Assembly: GCA_963810095.1 (NCBI GenBank)
Contig: CAWEMM010000007.1
Location: 320,001-384,000, forward strand
DNA length: 64,000 nt
Direction of reading: 5' to 3'
DNA from: an uncultured Chloroflexia bacterium
GTDB lineage: Bacteria > Chloroflexota > Anaerolineae > CG2-30-64-16
This document shows positions 46,036 through 55,587 of this stretch, piece after piece. The notes beneath the pieces are model-generated. The model was not told the DNA's origin. It did no database searches and was given only the letters and a program-made list of their open reading frames with translations. How positions within the stretch are numbered: the first letter of the stretch is position 1; the number at the start of each line of letters is the position of its first letter. Both the position numbers and the translations under genes were made by a program.

Positions 46036-46621
46036 CTACCGGGATGGACCGCTCGCGCGCCAGGTTACGACGATGCGTTGGACCGCGGTGATGCCCGCCA
46101 GCACCGCAATCAGTCCCACCGCCCAGGTCAGCTGCCCAAAGATCAGCCCGGCAATCAGGATGACGAGCCGCTCGAACCGTGTCAGGAGTCCCTCCTTACA
46201 CTGCAGGCCGATTCCTTCGGCGCGGGCACGCGTGTAACTGACGAGTAGTGACATGCCTAGGGCGATGATGGCCAACATGACACCCAGGTTGGTTGTTGGC
46301 CCGGAGCAAAACCCACGCGATCGCGACGAACAGCACTACTTCGGCCCAGCGATCGAGCGTTGAATCGAGGAAGGCGCCGAAGCGGGTGGTCTGGCCCGTA
46401 ATCCGGGCCAGCGTGCCGTCCACGGCGTCGAACGCGAGCGTAAACATGAGGAGGATTCCGGCAAGGAGCAGCTGGCCTGTGGCCAACACCACAGCGACGA
46501 TGACGGTCAGGAAGAAGCCGATGATGGTGACGGCATTGGGGGTCAGTCCCAGGGAGCCCAGGAAGCGGGCTATCGGCTCGATCAACCGCGCGCTGAAGGA
46601 TCTGGCAAGATTCGTGACCAT
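46036..46621 (-). CDS. CDP-alcohol phosphatidyltransferase (PI(P) synthase-like); frameshift near 46288
   Basis: GLTPNAVT, DAVDGTLAR..G.TTRFGAFLDSTLDR, VSYTRARAE, GLLTRFER, TAVQR. Confidence 0.92.
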
Positions 46622-46767
46622 GCTCGCACCCGGGAAGAAGATGACGTAAAAATGCAAATACAATATACCAGAAGCGCGCGCGGCTGTCAACAGATGAATT
46701 GGCGGTACGGGCTAAGTATGCTAAAGTGGCGCTGCATTATCACCCATCCTTGCGCAGCGGTGTGGCT

Positions 46768-47544
46768 GTGATTCGCAGAACGCCCCAACATCGCTCATCC
46801 TCGCTCGAACGGGCCGCCGACCTGCTGGCCGTGTCCTCGCGCACGCTGGCGCTGACGGGCGCGGGCATCAGCACCCCGTCCGGCATCCCCGACTTTCGCA
46901 GCGACCGTTCCGGTCTGTGGAAGCACACGAATCCTCTCGAAGTGGCTTCAATCTGGGGTTTCCACGAGCATCCCGAACGCTTCTACCAGTGGGTCAAGCC
47001 TTTGCTCTCCAGCACGGCGACCGCGCGGCCCAATGACGCGCACAAGGTGCTGGCGCGCATGGAGGCCGCCGGCCGGCTGGCGGGGGTCGTGACGCAGAAT
47101 ATCGACTCGCTGCACCAGGCGGCGGGGAGCAAGTGCGTGTGCGAACTGCACGGCCACTTGCGTAGTGTTACCTGCCTGGGGTGTCATGCGCGGTCGCCCG
47201 CGGAGCATCTGCTTGCCGGCGTGCTGGCCGGCCTGCCACCGCCGCGCTGTCCTGCGTGCGGCGAGCTCCTCAAGCCCGACGTGGTGCTCTTCGGCGAGCC
47301 CCTGCCCTATGACTTGCTGGCGCGGGCACAGGAAGAGGCGCTGGCGTGCGACGTGATGCTCATCGTGGGAACTTCGCTCGAAGTCATGCCTGCGGCCGAT
47401 CTGCCGCTGTTGGCGAAGCGGCGCGGCGCGAAGCTCGTGCTCGTGAACCGGACGGCCACACCGCTTGACGATCAGATGGACTTCGTCGTGCGCGCCGACG
47501 TGGTGGCGGCCCTGACGGGGATTGCGGAGAACCTGGGATTGTAG
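46768..47544 (+). CDS. cobB: NAD-dependent deacylase (sirtuin)
   Basis: [37 protein letters not shown], CxxC/Cxx[19 protein letters not shown]. Confidence 0.95.
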   Translation: MIRRTPQHRSSSLERAADLLAVSSRTLALTGAGISTPSGIPDFRSDRSGLWKHTNPLEVASIWGFHEHPERFYQWVKPLLSSTATARPNDAHKVLARMEAAGRLAGVVTQNIDSLHQAAGSKCVCELHGHLRSVTCLGCHARSPAEHLLAGVLAGLPPPRCPACGELLKPDVVLFGEPLPYDLLARAQEEALACDVMLIVGTSLEVMPAADLPLLAKRRGAKLVLVNRTATPLDDQMDFVVRADVVAALTGIAENLGL

Positions 47545-47622
47545 CCGCGCGCCCAATGGTGCCGTCACCGTCTCGCCGAGCCGCAGGGGGCACCCTCGTC
47601 GACCGGCCCCAGCGACTTTTTC

Positions 47623-47710
47623 GGACACTGATCGGACAGATCCGCCTGATTATCACGATCTTTTTCCCGATGGACCGTGCAGATCAATTCAATGAATTGC
47701 CTCAGTGTCC
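47623..47710. repeat. Family B palindromic element between convergent genes
   Basis: ggacactgatcggacagatccgcctgattatcacgat ... tcagtgtcc; 9-nt period. Confidence 0.65.
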
Positions 47711-47727
47711 CAGCCAAGAGAAGGCGC

Positions 47728-48186
47728 TCACTCTCTTTCCCGGTGCTGGTGAACCTGGGGTGGGTCTTTGGCGTATGTCGCTTCGAGCCCCGACAGCAAT
47801 TGCTGCTTTTCCGCGTCGGTCAGCTTCGCATCGCCGTGCATCAGCAAATAGTCCCAGGGCGGCATGTCGCCGCTCCGCACGCGCTCGCCGATTTCATCGA
47901 AGCGCGACTGGCGCTGGTCCCACTGCGAGAAATTCAGGTTCTCCCGGCCCTCGGTCACATGCCGCCACAGAAGCAGGTTGACCGGCGCGACATACGCATA
48001 GGGCGGCCAGACCGTCTCGTTGCTGTGGCAGTCGAAGCAGGCGCGCTGCGCCAACGCTCGGGTCTGGGGCGAGTCCCAGTTGACCTCACGCGCAACGGGC
48101 GGATTTGTCCGGTTCAGCGGCAGCAGCGACGCAATGACAAACAACGCGACGGCAGCAATCACGACCCACAGGATGACGCGCTTCAT
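47728..48186 (-). CDS. Membrane-anchored monoheme c-type cytochrome (Haem_bd family)
   Basis: N-terminal TM, RTNPPV, RACFDCHSNETVWP.YA.VAP, EGRENLNFSQW, MPP..Y. Confidence 0.9.
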   Translation of the reverse strand: MKRVILWVVIAAVALFVIASLLPLNRTNPPVAREVNWDSPQTRALAQRACFDCHSNETVWPPYAYVAPVNLLLWRHVTEGRENLNFSQWDQRQSRFDEIGERVRSGDMPPWDYLLMHGDAKLTDAEKQQLLSGLEATYAKDPPQVHQHRERE

Positions 48187-48284
48187 CGGTTAGTACTCCT
48201 CTTGTTCATGCTTCCACAGAGTCTGGCCCCATTGTGAGACCGGCGCCACACGCTGTCAAATCCGCCTGCACCTTTGGAAGTGCG

Positions 48285-48323
48285 CTTCGCGTCCTGCGCG
48301 CGCCTTCGTGGCTTCGTGTTCAA
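48285..48323. repeat. Family A half element
   Basis: cttcgcgtcctgcgcgcgccttcgtggcttcgtgttcaa resembles the right arms of the other family A copies. Confidence 0.55.
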
Positions 48324-48347
48324 ACCCACCCGTGTCTTTGATCTGAT

Positions 48348-48404
48348 TTGACACTCCGTCCAATGCTAGTTAGAATCTGACTACCGTTGTTCAGATTCTG
48401 AATA
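48348..48404 (+). promoter_or_regulatory. Sigma70 promoter with two 17-bp palindromic operators (putative PadR sites)
   Basis: TTGACA (48348-53), 17 nt, TAGAAT (48371-76); tagttagaatctgacta (48367-83) and tgttcagattctgaata (48388-404). Confidence 0.75.
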
Positions 48405-48450
48405 GTGCCCGGGCGAAACGATACTGGGTTGCGAGCGAGGAGGGGAGCGC

Positions 48451-48999
48451 GTGCAGGCGCCGTGGTCGAGCGAGATGATCCTGTTGGGTCTGCTGTGTGA
48501 GCGGCCCATGCACGGCTATGAGCTGGGCCAGACGGTGCGCGACGACCCGGCCATGCCGCTGATCTGGCGCTTCGAGCGCAGCGAGGTCTACTTTCTGCTG
48601 GGCAAGCTGCGCGAGCGCGGCTACGTCGAGGAGACCGGCGAGGCCAAGGGCGGCGGCCCCACCCGCACCATCTATTCACCCACCGCACCCGGCCGGGCAG
48701 CGCTCGACCTGTGGCTGCGCACCCCCGAGGTCCGCCCGCGGCTGCTGCGCACCGCGTTCCTGGCGCGGGTCCACCTCGCGCTCCGCCGCGACCCCGAGCT
48801 TGCGGTACAGATCATCACGGCCCAGCAGCGCCATCTTGCCGGCTGGCTGGCGGCAGAGCGGGCCGAGCCGCCCGCAGACCGGTATGTGGGCCTGGTGCGC
48901 GAGGTGCGCGCCGCTCAGGTCGATGCCAGCATCGCCGCGTTGGACGGGCTGGCGGAGTACGCACGCTCGCTCGTCATGGCAACCGCGGAGCCGTCGTGA
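48451..48999 (+). CDS. PadR family transcriptional regulator
   Basis: ILLGLL.ERPMHGYEL, SEVY.LL.KL..RGYV, P.RTIYSPT..GR..L..WL.TP. Confidence 0.9.
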   Translation: MQAPWSSEMILLGLLCERPMHGYELGQTVRDDPAMPLIWRFERSEVYFLLGKLRERGYVEETGEAKGGGPTRTIYSPTAPGRAALDLWLRTPEVRPRLLRTAFLARVHLALRRDPELAVQIITAQQRHLAGWLAAERAEPPADRYVGLVREVRAAQVDASIAALDGLAEYARSLVMATAEPS

Positions 49000-49812
49000 T
49001 GCCCCGCGCTCTGCCGCCTCGACGCTGGCTCCCCGCGATCCTGCTGGCGCTGGTGCTGTCGCTGCTGGCCGGGTGCGGTAGGGCCGGCACGGCCGCCCGC
49101 CCCCTAACGGTGTTTGCGGCAGCTTCGCTCACCGAGGCATTCAAAGAGCTTGGCGCCGATTTCACGGCCGAAACAGGCATTCCCGTCGCCTTCAATTTCG
49201 CGGGTTCGCAGCAGCTGCGGGCGCAGCTGGAGCAGGGGGCCGATGCGGACGTATTCGCTTCGGCCAACAACAAAGAGATGACCGCGGCGATCCGTTCGGG
49301 GCTGGTGATTACGGGAACGCCGCAGGTCTTCGCGCATAATCGCCTGGTTGTCATCATGCCGAAGGAGAATCCCGCCGGGATCACCGCCCTGGGCGGGCTG
49401 GCACAGCCGGGCTTGAAACTGGTCCTGGCGGACAAGGCCGTGCCGGTGGGGCAGTACAGCTTTGACATGCTCGACAAGATGAGCGGCGACCCGGCGTTCG
49501 GCGCTGATTTTGGTAGGCGGGTCCTCGCAAACGTCGTATCGTACGAGCAAAACGTCAAGTCCGTTGTGACCAAGGTCCAGCTGGGCGAGGCCGACGCAGG
49601 CATCGTCTATGCCACAGATGTTACGCCGGCCGCAGCCCAGCGGGTGGTTGCGCTCGCCGTATCGGAAGCCTATAACCAGGTCGCGAGCTATCCCATCGCA
49701 CCGCTTGCCAGGAGCCAGAACGGTGCGGCGGCGGCGAGGTTTGTAGCGGCTTGTGTTATCGAAGAAGGGGCAGGCCACCTTGGCCAGGCACGGGTTCGCG
49801 ACCGCACCATGA
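48999..49812 (+). CDS. modA: Molybdate ABC transporter substrate-binding lipoprotein; frameshift near 49750
   Basis: Lipobox LAGC; VFAAASLTEAF, NFAGSQQL..QLEQGA.ADVFASAN, VPVGQY, GEADAGIVY.TDV, YPIA. Confidence 0.94.
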
Positions 49813-49863
49813 GCGGCCGCACCACGAGCGGCTCGGCAGTGATCATCGTCGAGTGAGGACGTA

Positions 49864-50739
49864 TTGGCAGGCTACGTACACAGTGTGAACCGAGGGGAGA
49901 ACCAGTCAAGCCGCGTGGGCTCGCCGCCGCGCGTGCGGCGGGGGCGGGGCATCCCGCCGTGGACCACGCTGCTCATGAGCCTCCCACTGCTCGCGTTCAT
50001 CGCGCTCCCGATCCTCGCCTTGTTTGGCCGCACCAGCCTCGAGACGTTGGTGGCCAGCCTGGCGACGCCCGAGGCGCAAGCGGCGCTCCGTCTCAGCATG
50101 CAGACGACCGTCATCAGCACCTCGCTCGCGATCCTGTTGGGCACGCCGGTCGCCCTGCTGCTGGCGCAGCCGAACCTTCGCTTCGGCCGGGCGCTCGACA
50201 CCTTCCTCGAGCTGCCCATCGTGATCCCCCCTTCGGTGGCCGGCATCGCGCTGCTGATGGCGTTCGGCCGCCGGGGCGTGTTCGCCGGCCCGCTGAACGA
50301 GTTGGGCATCTCGCTGCCTTTCACGTCGCTGGCCGTGGTGCTGGCCCAGCTCTTCGTGGCCGCGCCCTTCTATGTGAAAGCCGCCTCGCTCGGTTTCAGC
50401 GCTATCGATCAGGACGCCCGGGAAGCCGCCGCGATCGACGGCGCTAACCGCTCGCAGTTGTTCCGCAAGATCCTGGTGCCGCTGGCGTGGCCGGCCCTGC
50501 TGAGCGGCATCGCCACCACCTGGGCGCGCGCTCTTGGCGAGTTCGGCGCCACCATCATCTTCGCCGGCAACTTCCCGGGCCGCACCCAGACCATGCCGCT
50601 CGCGATCTATCTCGGGTTCGAAATGGACATCGACGTGGCCCTGGCACTCTCCGTCGTGCTCATCACCCTCGCGTTCCTCTCCCTCTTCGTGGTCAAAGTC
50701 CTACTCAAGCGCGAGCCGCTCTCCGGTTCTCCTGACTAG
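49864..50739 (+). CDS. modB: Molybdate ABC transporter permease; start uncertain
   Basis: LGTPVA..LA, LPIVIPPSVAGIALLMAFGRRG, FVAAPF, EAAAIDGA, WARALGEFGATIIFAGNFPGRTQTMPLAIY. Confidence 0.94.
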   Translation: MAGYVHSVNRGENQSSRVGSPPRVRRGRGIPPWTTLLMSLPLLAFIALPILALFGRTSLETLVASLATPEAQAALRLSMQTTVISTSLAILLGTPVALLLAQPNLRFGRALDTFLELPIVIPPSVAGIALLMAFGRRGVFAGPLNELGISLPFTSLAVVLAQLFVAAPFYVKAASLGFSAIDQDAREAAAIDGANRSQLFRKILVPLAWPALLSGIATTWARALGEFGATIIFAGNFPGRTQTMPLAIYLGFEMDIDVALALSVVLITLAFLSLFVVKVLLKREPLSGSPD

Positions 50740-50785
50740 CGCGTTTCCTTCTCCTTAAATCTTTTATCCGCATTATTTTTGGGTC

Positions 50786-50842
50786 TTGACAAATCGCAAC
50801 AACGAGCGTATTCTCTTGTTACCGGTAACGTTACCGGTAACA
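50786..50842 (+). promoter_or_regulatory. Sigma70 promoter and tandem LacI-type operator
   Basis: TTGACA (50786-91), 17 nt, TATTCT (50809-14); perfect 26-bp palindrome tgttaccggtaacgttaccggtaaca (50817-42). Confidence 0.85.
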
Positions 50843-50863
50843 TCCCGCCCAACCACCCAGCCC

Positions 50864-51922
50864 ATGTCAAGAAACAGCGCGAAGCACCCGACGTTGCGTG
50901 ACGTAGCAGCCCTGGCCGGGGTCTCCCACCAGACGGTCTCACGCGTCGTCAACCAGGTCCCTGGCGTGACGCCCGAGACACGCTCGATGGTGGAACAGGC
51001 CATTGCCGAGCTGGGCTTCCGCCCACATGCGATTGCGCGCTCGATGGCCGAAGGCCGCACCCGCACCCTGGCCTGCCTCACGCCGAATCTCACCGATTTC
51101 ACTTACGCTTCCAACATTGAAGGCGCCGAAACCATCGCCCGCCAGCACGGCTACTTCCTGCTCTCTGCGTCGTACGGCGCGGGCGGCGGCGAGGTGGATC
51201 AGCAGCTCGAAGCGCTCATCGATGCCTTGGTGGGACGCCGCCGGGTGGACGGGCTCATTGTGTTCAGCCCCAACGTCGATCTGCCGGTACGCCTGCTGCC
51301 CGCGGATTTTCCGGTCGTCCTCATGGGTGGCTGTTCACGCGACGACGTTGCGAACCTCGTGTACCTCGACAACCGCGGTGATGCCGCGCTGGCGGCCGGC
51401 CACCTGCTCGAGCTGGGGCACACGAAGATCGGGCAGATCACCGGGCCGCTGGCCGAAGACTGCTCGCAGGAGCGCGATGCCGGTTACCGGGACGCCCTCG
51501 GGCGGCACGGCCTCGCGCATGATCCGACCCTGACAGTGGAGGGGAATTGGTCTGCCACTTCGGGTTACGAGGGGCTGGGCGCCTTGCTTGCGCAAGCGCC
51601 CGACCTGACTGCCGTGGTCGTGCAGAATGACCGCATGGCCGTGGGTGCGATCCGGGCCGCCCGGGATGCCGGCCTCGCCGTTCCGGTCGACCTCTCCGTT
51701 GTTGGTTTTGACGATATGCCGCTGGCGTCTTACTTCGATCCCCCTCTGACCACCATGCGCCAGGACACCTTTGGCATCGGCCGCACCTGTGCGGAGCGTT
51801 TGCTGGCGATTCTGGATCACGACGAGCCGGCGCATCCGCCGGTCCGGCTCACATCCGAGCTCGTGACCCGCAGCAGCACGGCCCCACCCACCCGCGGCAC
51901 GGCCGCTGGCGAGCGTGCCTAG
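50864..51922 (+). CDS. LacI family transcriptional regulator
   Basis: PTLRDVAALAGVSHQTVSRVVN, ELGFRP..IARS, HLLELGHTKIG, NDRMAVGA, DLSVVGFDD, PPLTT. Confidence 0.96.
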   Translation: MSRNSAKHPTLRDVAALAGVSHQTVSRVVNQVPGVTPETRSMVEQAIAELGFRPHAIARSMAEGRTRTLACLTPNLTDFTYASNIEGAETIARQHGYFLLSASYGAGGGEVDQQLEALIDALVGRRRVDGLIVFSPNVDLPVRLLPADFPVVLMGGCSRDDVANLVYLDNRGDAALAAGHLLELGHTKIGQITGPLAEDCSQERDAGYRDALGRHGLAHDPTLTVEGNWSATSGYEGLGALLAQAPDLTAVVVQNDRMAVGAIRAARDAGLAVPVDLSVVGFDDMPLASYFDPPLTTMRQDTFGIGRTCAERLLAILDHDEPAHPPVRLTSELVTRSSTAPPTRGTAAGERA

Positions 51923-52056
51923 CATCCGATTTGACGGCGCCGGCCGGAGGGGCCGGGTCGGAAGGAGGTGACCTGCTCCAGCCAGACCACAATCGCTCAC
52001 AACACCAGCCATAAACCTATCCGCTTCAACTCAACTCTAGGGAGGGAAGTCCGACT

Positions 52057-53457
52057 ATGTCGTCCAAGTGGTTTAAGTTCGCATCGCTGCTCATGGTCTT
52101 GAGCATGGTCTTCGTGATCGCCGCATGCGCGGCGCCGGCGCCCGCACCGGCCGCACCCCAGGTCGTCGAGAAGGTCGTCACCCAGGTGGTGAAGGAAGTC
52201 CAGACCCAGGTGGTGGAGGTCGAGAAGCCGGTGGTCCAGACCCAGGTGGTCGAGAAGACGATCGAGATCACCCAGGTCCCCGTGACCAACATGGTCTACA
52301 ACTCCTACCAGAGCGATCCGGCGCCCCGCCAGGTCGATGCCGACATCGTGAAGATGTTCCAGGAGAAGTACCCGAACATCAGCGTGACCCAGAGCACCGT
52401 GGCGCACGAGGATTTCAAGCAGGCCATCCGGGCCTACCTCACCTCGTCGACGCCGCCCGATGTCATGACCTGGTTCGCCGGCAACCGCGCCCGCTTCTTC
52501 ATCGACAAGGGCCAAATCCTGGACATCAGCGACGTCTACAAGAGCGAAGGCTGGGACAAGGCTTTCCCCAAGGGCTTCCAGGCGCTGAGCACCGTCGACG
52601 GCAAGCAGTACTTCGTCCCGACCAGCTACTACTGGTGGGGCATGTATTACAACAAGAAGGTGTTTGAGAAGTACGGCCTCCAGCCCCCGACGACCTGGGA
52701 AGAGTTCCTGAAGGTCTGTGAGACGCTCAAGGCGAACGGCATCACCCCCATCGTCAGCGGCACCAAGAACGCCTGGCCGGCGGCCGCGTGGTTCGACTAC
52801 CTCAACATGCGCGTGAACGGACCCGAGTTCCACATCAACCTGATGCTGGGCAAGGAAAAGTATGACGACCCGCGCGTCAAGAAGGTGTTCGAGTACTGGG
52901 CCGAGCTGATCAACAAGGGCTACTTCATCGACAACGCTGCTTCTTACGACTGGCAGGAAGTGCTGCCCGAGATGCTGCAGGACAAGGCCGGTATGTACCT
53001 GATGGGGCAGTTCGTCATGGACTCGATCCCTGAGGATCAGAAGGCCAACTACGACTTCTTCCGCTTCCCGATCATCGACCCGAACGTGCCAGTGGGCGAA
53101 GATGCGCCGACCGACGGTTACTTCGCCGCCGCGAATGCGCCGCATCCCGAGGCCGCGAAGGCCTTCCTGGCCTACCTGGGCTCGAAGGAAGCGCAGGCCT
53201 ACGTCGCCGAACAGCTGAAGCGGCTGCCCGTCAACACCGACGTCGACACGAGCAAGTTCGACGAAGCCTCGAAGAAGGGCATGGCCATGCTCCAGGGCGC
53301 GGACTACATCGCGCAGTTCTACGATCGCGACACCACGCCCGAAATGGCCGAGAAGGGCATGGCTGCCTTCCAGGCCTTCTGGAACGACCCCAAGCAGATC
53401 GACACCATCCTGGCCGACCTCGAGAAGGAACGCGCCATGATTTTCGCCGAGGAATAA
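52057..53457 (+). CDS. Carbohydrate ABC transporter substrate-binding lipoprotein (CUT1)
   Basis: Lipobox IAAC; Val/Thr-rich stalk; PDVMTWFAG, DGKQYFVP..YYWWGMYYNK, PTTWEEF, MYLMGQF, QFYDRD. Confidence 0.94.
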   Translation: MSSKWFKFASLLMVLSMVFVIAACAAPAPAPAAPQVVEKVVTQVVKEVQTQVVEVEKPVVQTQVVEKTIEITQVPVTNMVYNSYQSDPAPRQVDADIVKMFQEKYPNISVTQSTVAHEDFKQAIRAYLTSSTPPDVMTWFAGNRARFFIDKGQILDISDVYKSEGWDKAFPKGFQALSTVDGKQYFVPTSYYWWGMYYNKKVFEKYGLQPPTTWEEFLKVCETLKANGITPIVSGTKNAWPAAAWFDYLNMRVNGPEFHINLMLGKEKYDDPRVKKVFEYWAELINKGYFIDNAASYDWQEVLPEMLQDKAGMYLMGQFVMDSIPEDQKANYDFFRFPIIDPNVPVGEDAPTDGYFAAANAPHPEAAKAFLAYLGSKEAQAYVAEQLKRLPVNTDVDTSKFDEASKKGMAMLQGADYIAQFYDRDTTPEMAEKGMAAFQAFWNDPKQIDTILADLEKERAMIFAEE

Positions 53458-53530
53458 GCGATGACGGACGCGGCGCCGCTGTAATGCGCCGCGTCGCCAG
53501 CAAGGACCGCAGGCTTACGGAGCCGGATAA

Positions 53531-53592
53531 GGTCTTCTTCTGGTGCAGGTTGCGGCCAGCCGACCACGGCCTGCACCAGGAGGGGCCTTGCG
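53531..53592 (+). other. Intergenic stem-loop after the SBP gene (likely mRNA stabiliser or partial terminator)
   Basis: aaggtcttcttctggtgcagg ... cctgcaccaggaggggcctt; position typical for ABC operons. Confidence 0.55.
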
Positions 53593-53646
53593 ATCCGATC
53601 CTTGATGGTTGCGCGTTGCCTCTGCAATGCGCGAGGGAGGTGCACG

Positions 53647-54579
53647 ATGGCTGTCACACCCGTCATTCCCGCCAAGGCCGCGGAGAAGAAAGCGCGTGCG
53701 CCGCGGGCGCGTAACAAGGCCTGGTGGGTTCCCTATGTGTTTCTCGCCTTGCCCGTAGCGATGTTCCTCATTTGGGTCATCGGCCCGATGATCTATTCCT
53801 TCTATCTCAGCCTGACCAATTGGGACGGCGTTTCTGCGCCGAAGATGATCGGCTTGCGGAATTACACGCGCCTGTTCAACGACCGGGTCTTCTGGATCTC
53901 GATCGCCAACAATGCAAAGTGGGTTGTCTCTTTCATCACCGTCCCCGTGGTCATGGGGCTGGGCCTGGCAATGGTGTTGAACCGGGACATCCCGGGGGCC
54001 AAGGGCATCAAATCCGCGTTCTACTCGCCCTACATCATTGCACCCGTCGTGATCGGCCTCATTTGGGGCTGGATGTATCAGCCCGCCACCGGGCTGTTCA
54101 ACAGCATCCTGCGCGGCATGGGCGTGCAGAACGTGCCCGGCTGGCTGGCCGACCCCCGGCTGGCCACGTGGTGCATCATCGTGGCGGCCATGTGGCGCCA
54201 GGTCGGTTACGTGATGACCCTGTACCTGGCTGGCCTGCAGGGCGTCGATCCATCGCTCATCGACGCTTCGATGGTGGACGGGGCCAACCCGTGGCAGACC
54301 TTCCGCAATGTCATCTGGCCGCTGTTGAGCCCGGTGACGGTCGTAGTGGTGGTCATCAGCATCATCGACTCACTGCGGTCGTTCGACATGGTCTTCGTGA
54401 TGACCCGCGGCGGCCCGGCCAATTCTTCGAGTGTTCTGGCCAACATGATGTACATCGAGGCCTTTAACAATTACAAGATGGGCTACGGCGCCGCCATTGC
54501 GGTCGTCCTTTTCCTCATCAGCGCCGGCTTCATCTTTGTCTACCTCTGGCAGACGCTGCGCACCGAGCTCGAGTATTAG
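53647..54579 (+). CDS. Carbohydrate ABC transporter permease 1
   Basis: SFYLSLTNWDG, GLRNY, FYSPYII, YLAGLQ...DASMVDGA (EAA loop), FDMVFVMT.GGP, MGYGAA. Confidence 0.95.
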   Translation: MAVTPVIPAKAAEKKARAPRARNKAWWVPYVFLALPVAMFLIWVIGPMIYSFYLSLTNWDGVSAPKMIGLRNYTRLFNDRVFWISIANNAKWVVSFITVPVVMGLGLAMVLNRDIPGAKGIKSAFYSPYIIAPVVIGLIWGWMYQPATGLFNSILRGMGVQNVPGWLADPRLATWCIIVAAMWRQVGYVMTLYLAGLQGVDPSLIDASMVDGANPWQTFRNVIWPLLSPVTVVVVVISIIDSLRSFDMVFVMTRGGPANSSSVLANMMYIEAFNNYKMGYGAAIAVVLFLISAGFIFVYLWQTLRTELEY

Positions 54580-54587
54580 GAGGCCGT

Positions 54588-55448
54588 ATGACAACCGCAA
54601 CTGCTTCTCAGAGACGGGCCGGCTCGGGCTCGTGGCAGCGCATCGCACTGTACGTCGGAGTCTACGCGCTAACCCTGGCGTGGCTCGTGCCGGTTATCGC
54701 GGCGCTGATCACGTCGGTCCGCACGAACGACGACATCATGGCTCGGGGCTTCTGGTCCACCCCGAACGTACTCACCCTCAAGAACTTCGCGCTGGCCTGG
54801 ACACGCGGCGGGCTGTCGCGCTACCTGCCCAACAGTTTCATCATCACGCTGCCGTCGCTGGTCTTGACCCTGTTCTTGTCGTCCTTGGGCGCGTACGCGC
54901 TGGCCCGGTTCCGCTTCCGGTTTGACCGCATCGTCCTGTTCATCTTCGTGGCCGGCATGATGCTGCCGTTCCAGATTCTGCTGCTGCCCGTGTTCCGCCT
55001 GATGAATGTGATCGGCCTGTATAACACCTACTGGGCGCTGATCATCTTCCACTCCGCGTTTCAGCTGGGCTTCTGCACGTTCGTCCTACGCAACTACATG
55101 CGGACCATTCCGGGCGAAATCCTCGAAGCCGCCCGCATGGACGGCTGCAGCGAGTTCCGGGTCTACCGGCAGATCATGCTGCCGCTGACCCTGCCCGCGA
55201 TGGCCGCGCTGGCGACCCTGGAATTCACCTGGATCTTCAACGACTTCCTTTGGGCGTTGATCCTCATCCAGGACGACAAGCTCAAGCCGGTGACGACGGG
55301 CCTCGCCGCTCTGCGCGGGCAGTACGTGATGGACTGGACGGTGATTGTGGCAGGCTCGCTGATCGCCACGGTCCCGACGATCCTGGTGTTCTTGTTCCTG
55401 CAGCGCTACTTCATCGCCGGCCTGACGCTGGGCGCGACGAAGGGCTAG
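54588..55448 (+). CDS. Carbohydrate ABC transporter permease 2
   Basis: NSFIIT, AYALAR..F, MLPFQ, IPGEILEAARMDG, NDFLW, LQRYFIAGLTLGATKG. Confidence 0.95.
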   Translation: MTTATASQRRAGSGSWQRIALYVGVYALTLAWLVPVIAALITSVRTNDDIMARGFWSTPNVLTLKNFALAWTRGGLSRYLPNSFIITLPSLVLTLFLSSLGAYALARFRFRFDRIVLFIFVAGMMLPFQILLLPVFRLMNVIGLYNTYWALIIFHSAFQLGFCTFVLRNYMRTIPGEILEAARMDGCSEFRVYRQIMLPLTLPAMAALATLEFTWIFNDFLWALILIQDDKLKPVTTGLAALRGQYVMDWTVIVAGSLIATVPTILVFLFLQRYFIAGLTLGATKG

Positions 55449-55475
55449 ACCGATCGCAATATCCAATTGCGCATT

Positions 55476-55529
55476 TAGGGCGAGAGTCAGCTCGCCTGTG
55501 TGTCCGGGCGAGCTAGAGCTAGCCCTACA
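55476..55529. repeat. GTAG-type REP doublet (REPIN-like)
   Basis: tagggcgagagtcagctcgcc ... gggcgagctagagctagccctaca; same family as 63958-63985. Confidence 0.7.
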
Positions 55530-55587
55530 TGCGCAAGACCTTGGCACAACCGCCACACACTGAGAGACAACAAACGTTACGGATGGG

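Noticed and set aside
46040-46075. Autoregulatory ECF promoter (CGTAAC) upstream of the sigma gene
   Set aside because: CGTAAC is present on the minus strand, but no CGT-type -10 lies at 16-17 nt spacing, and the site is within coding sequence.
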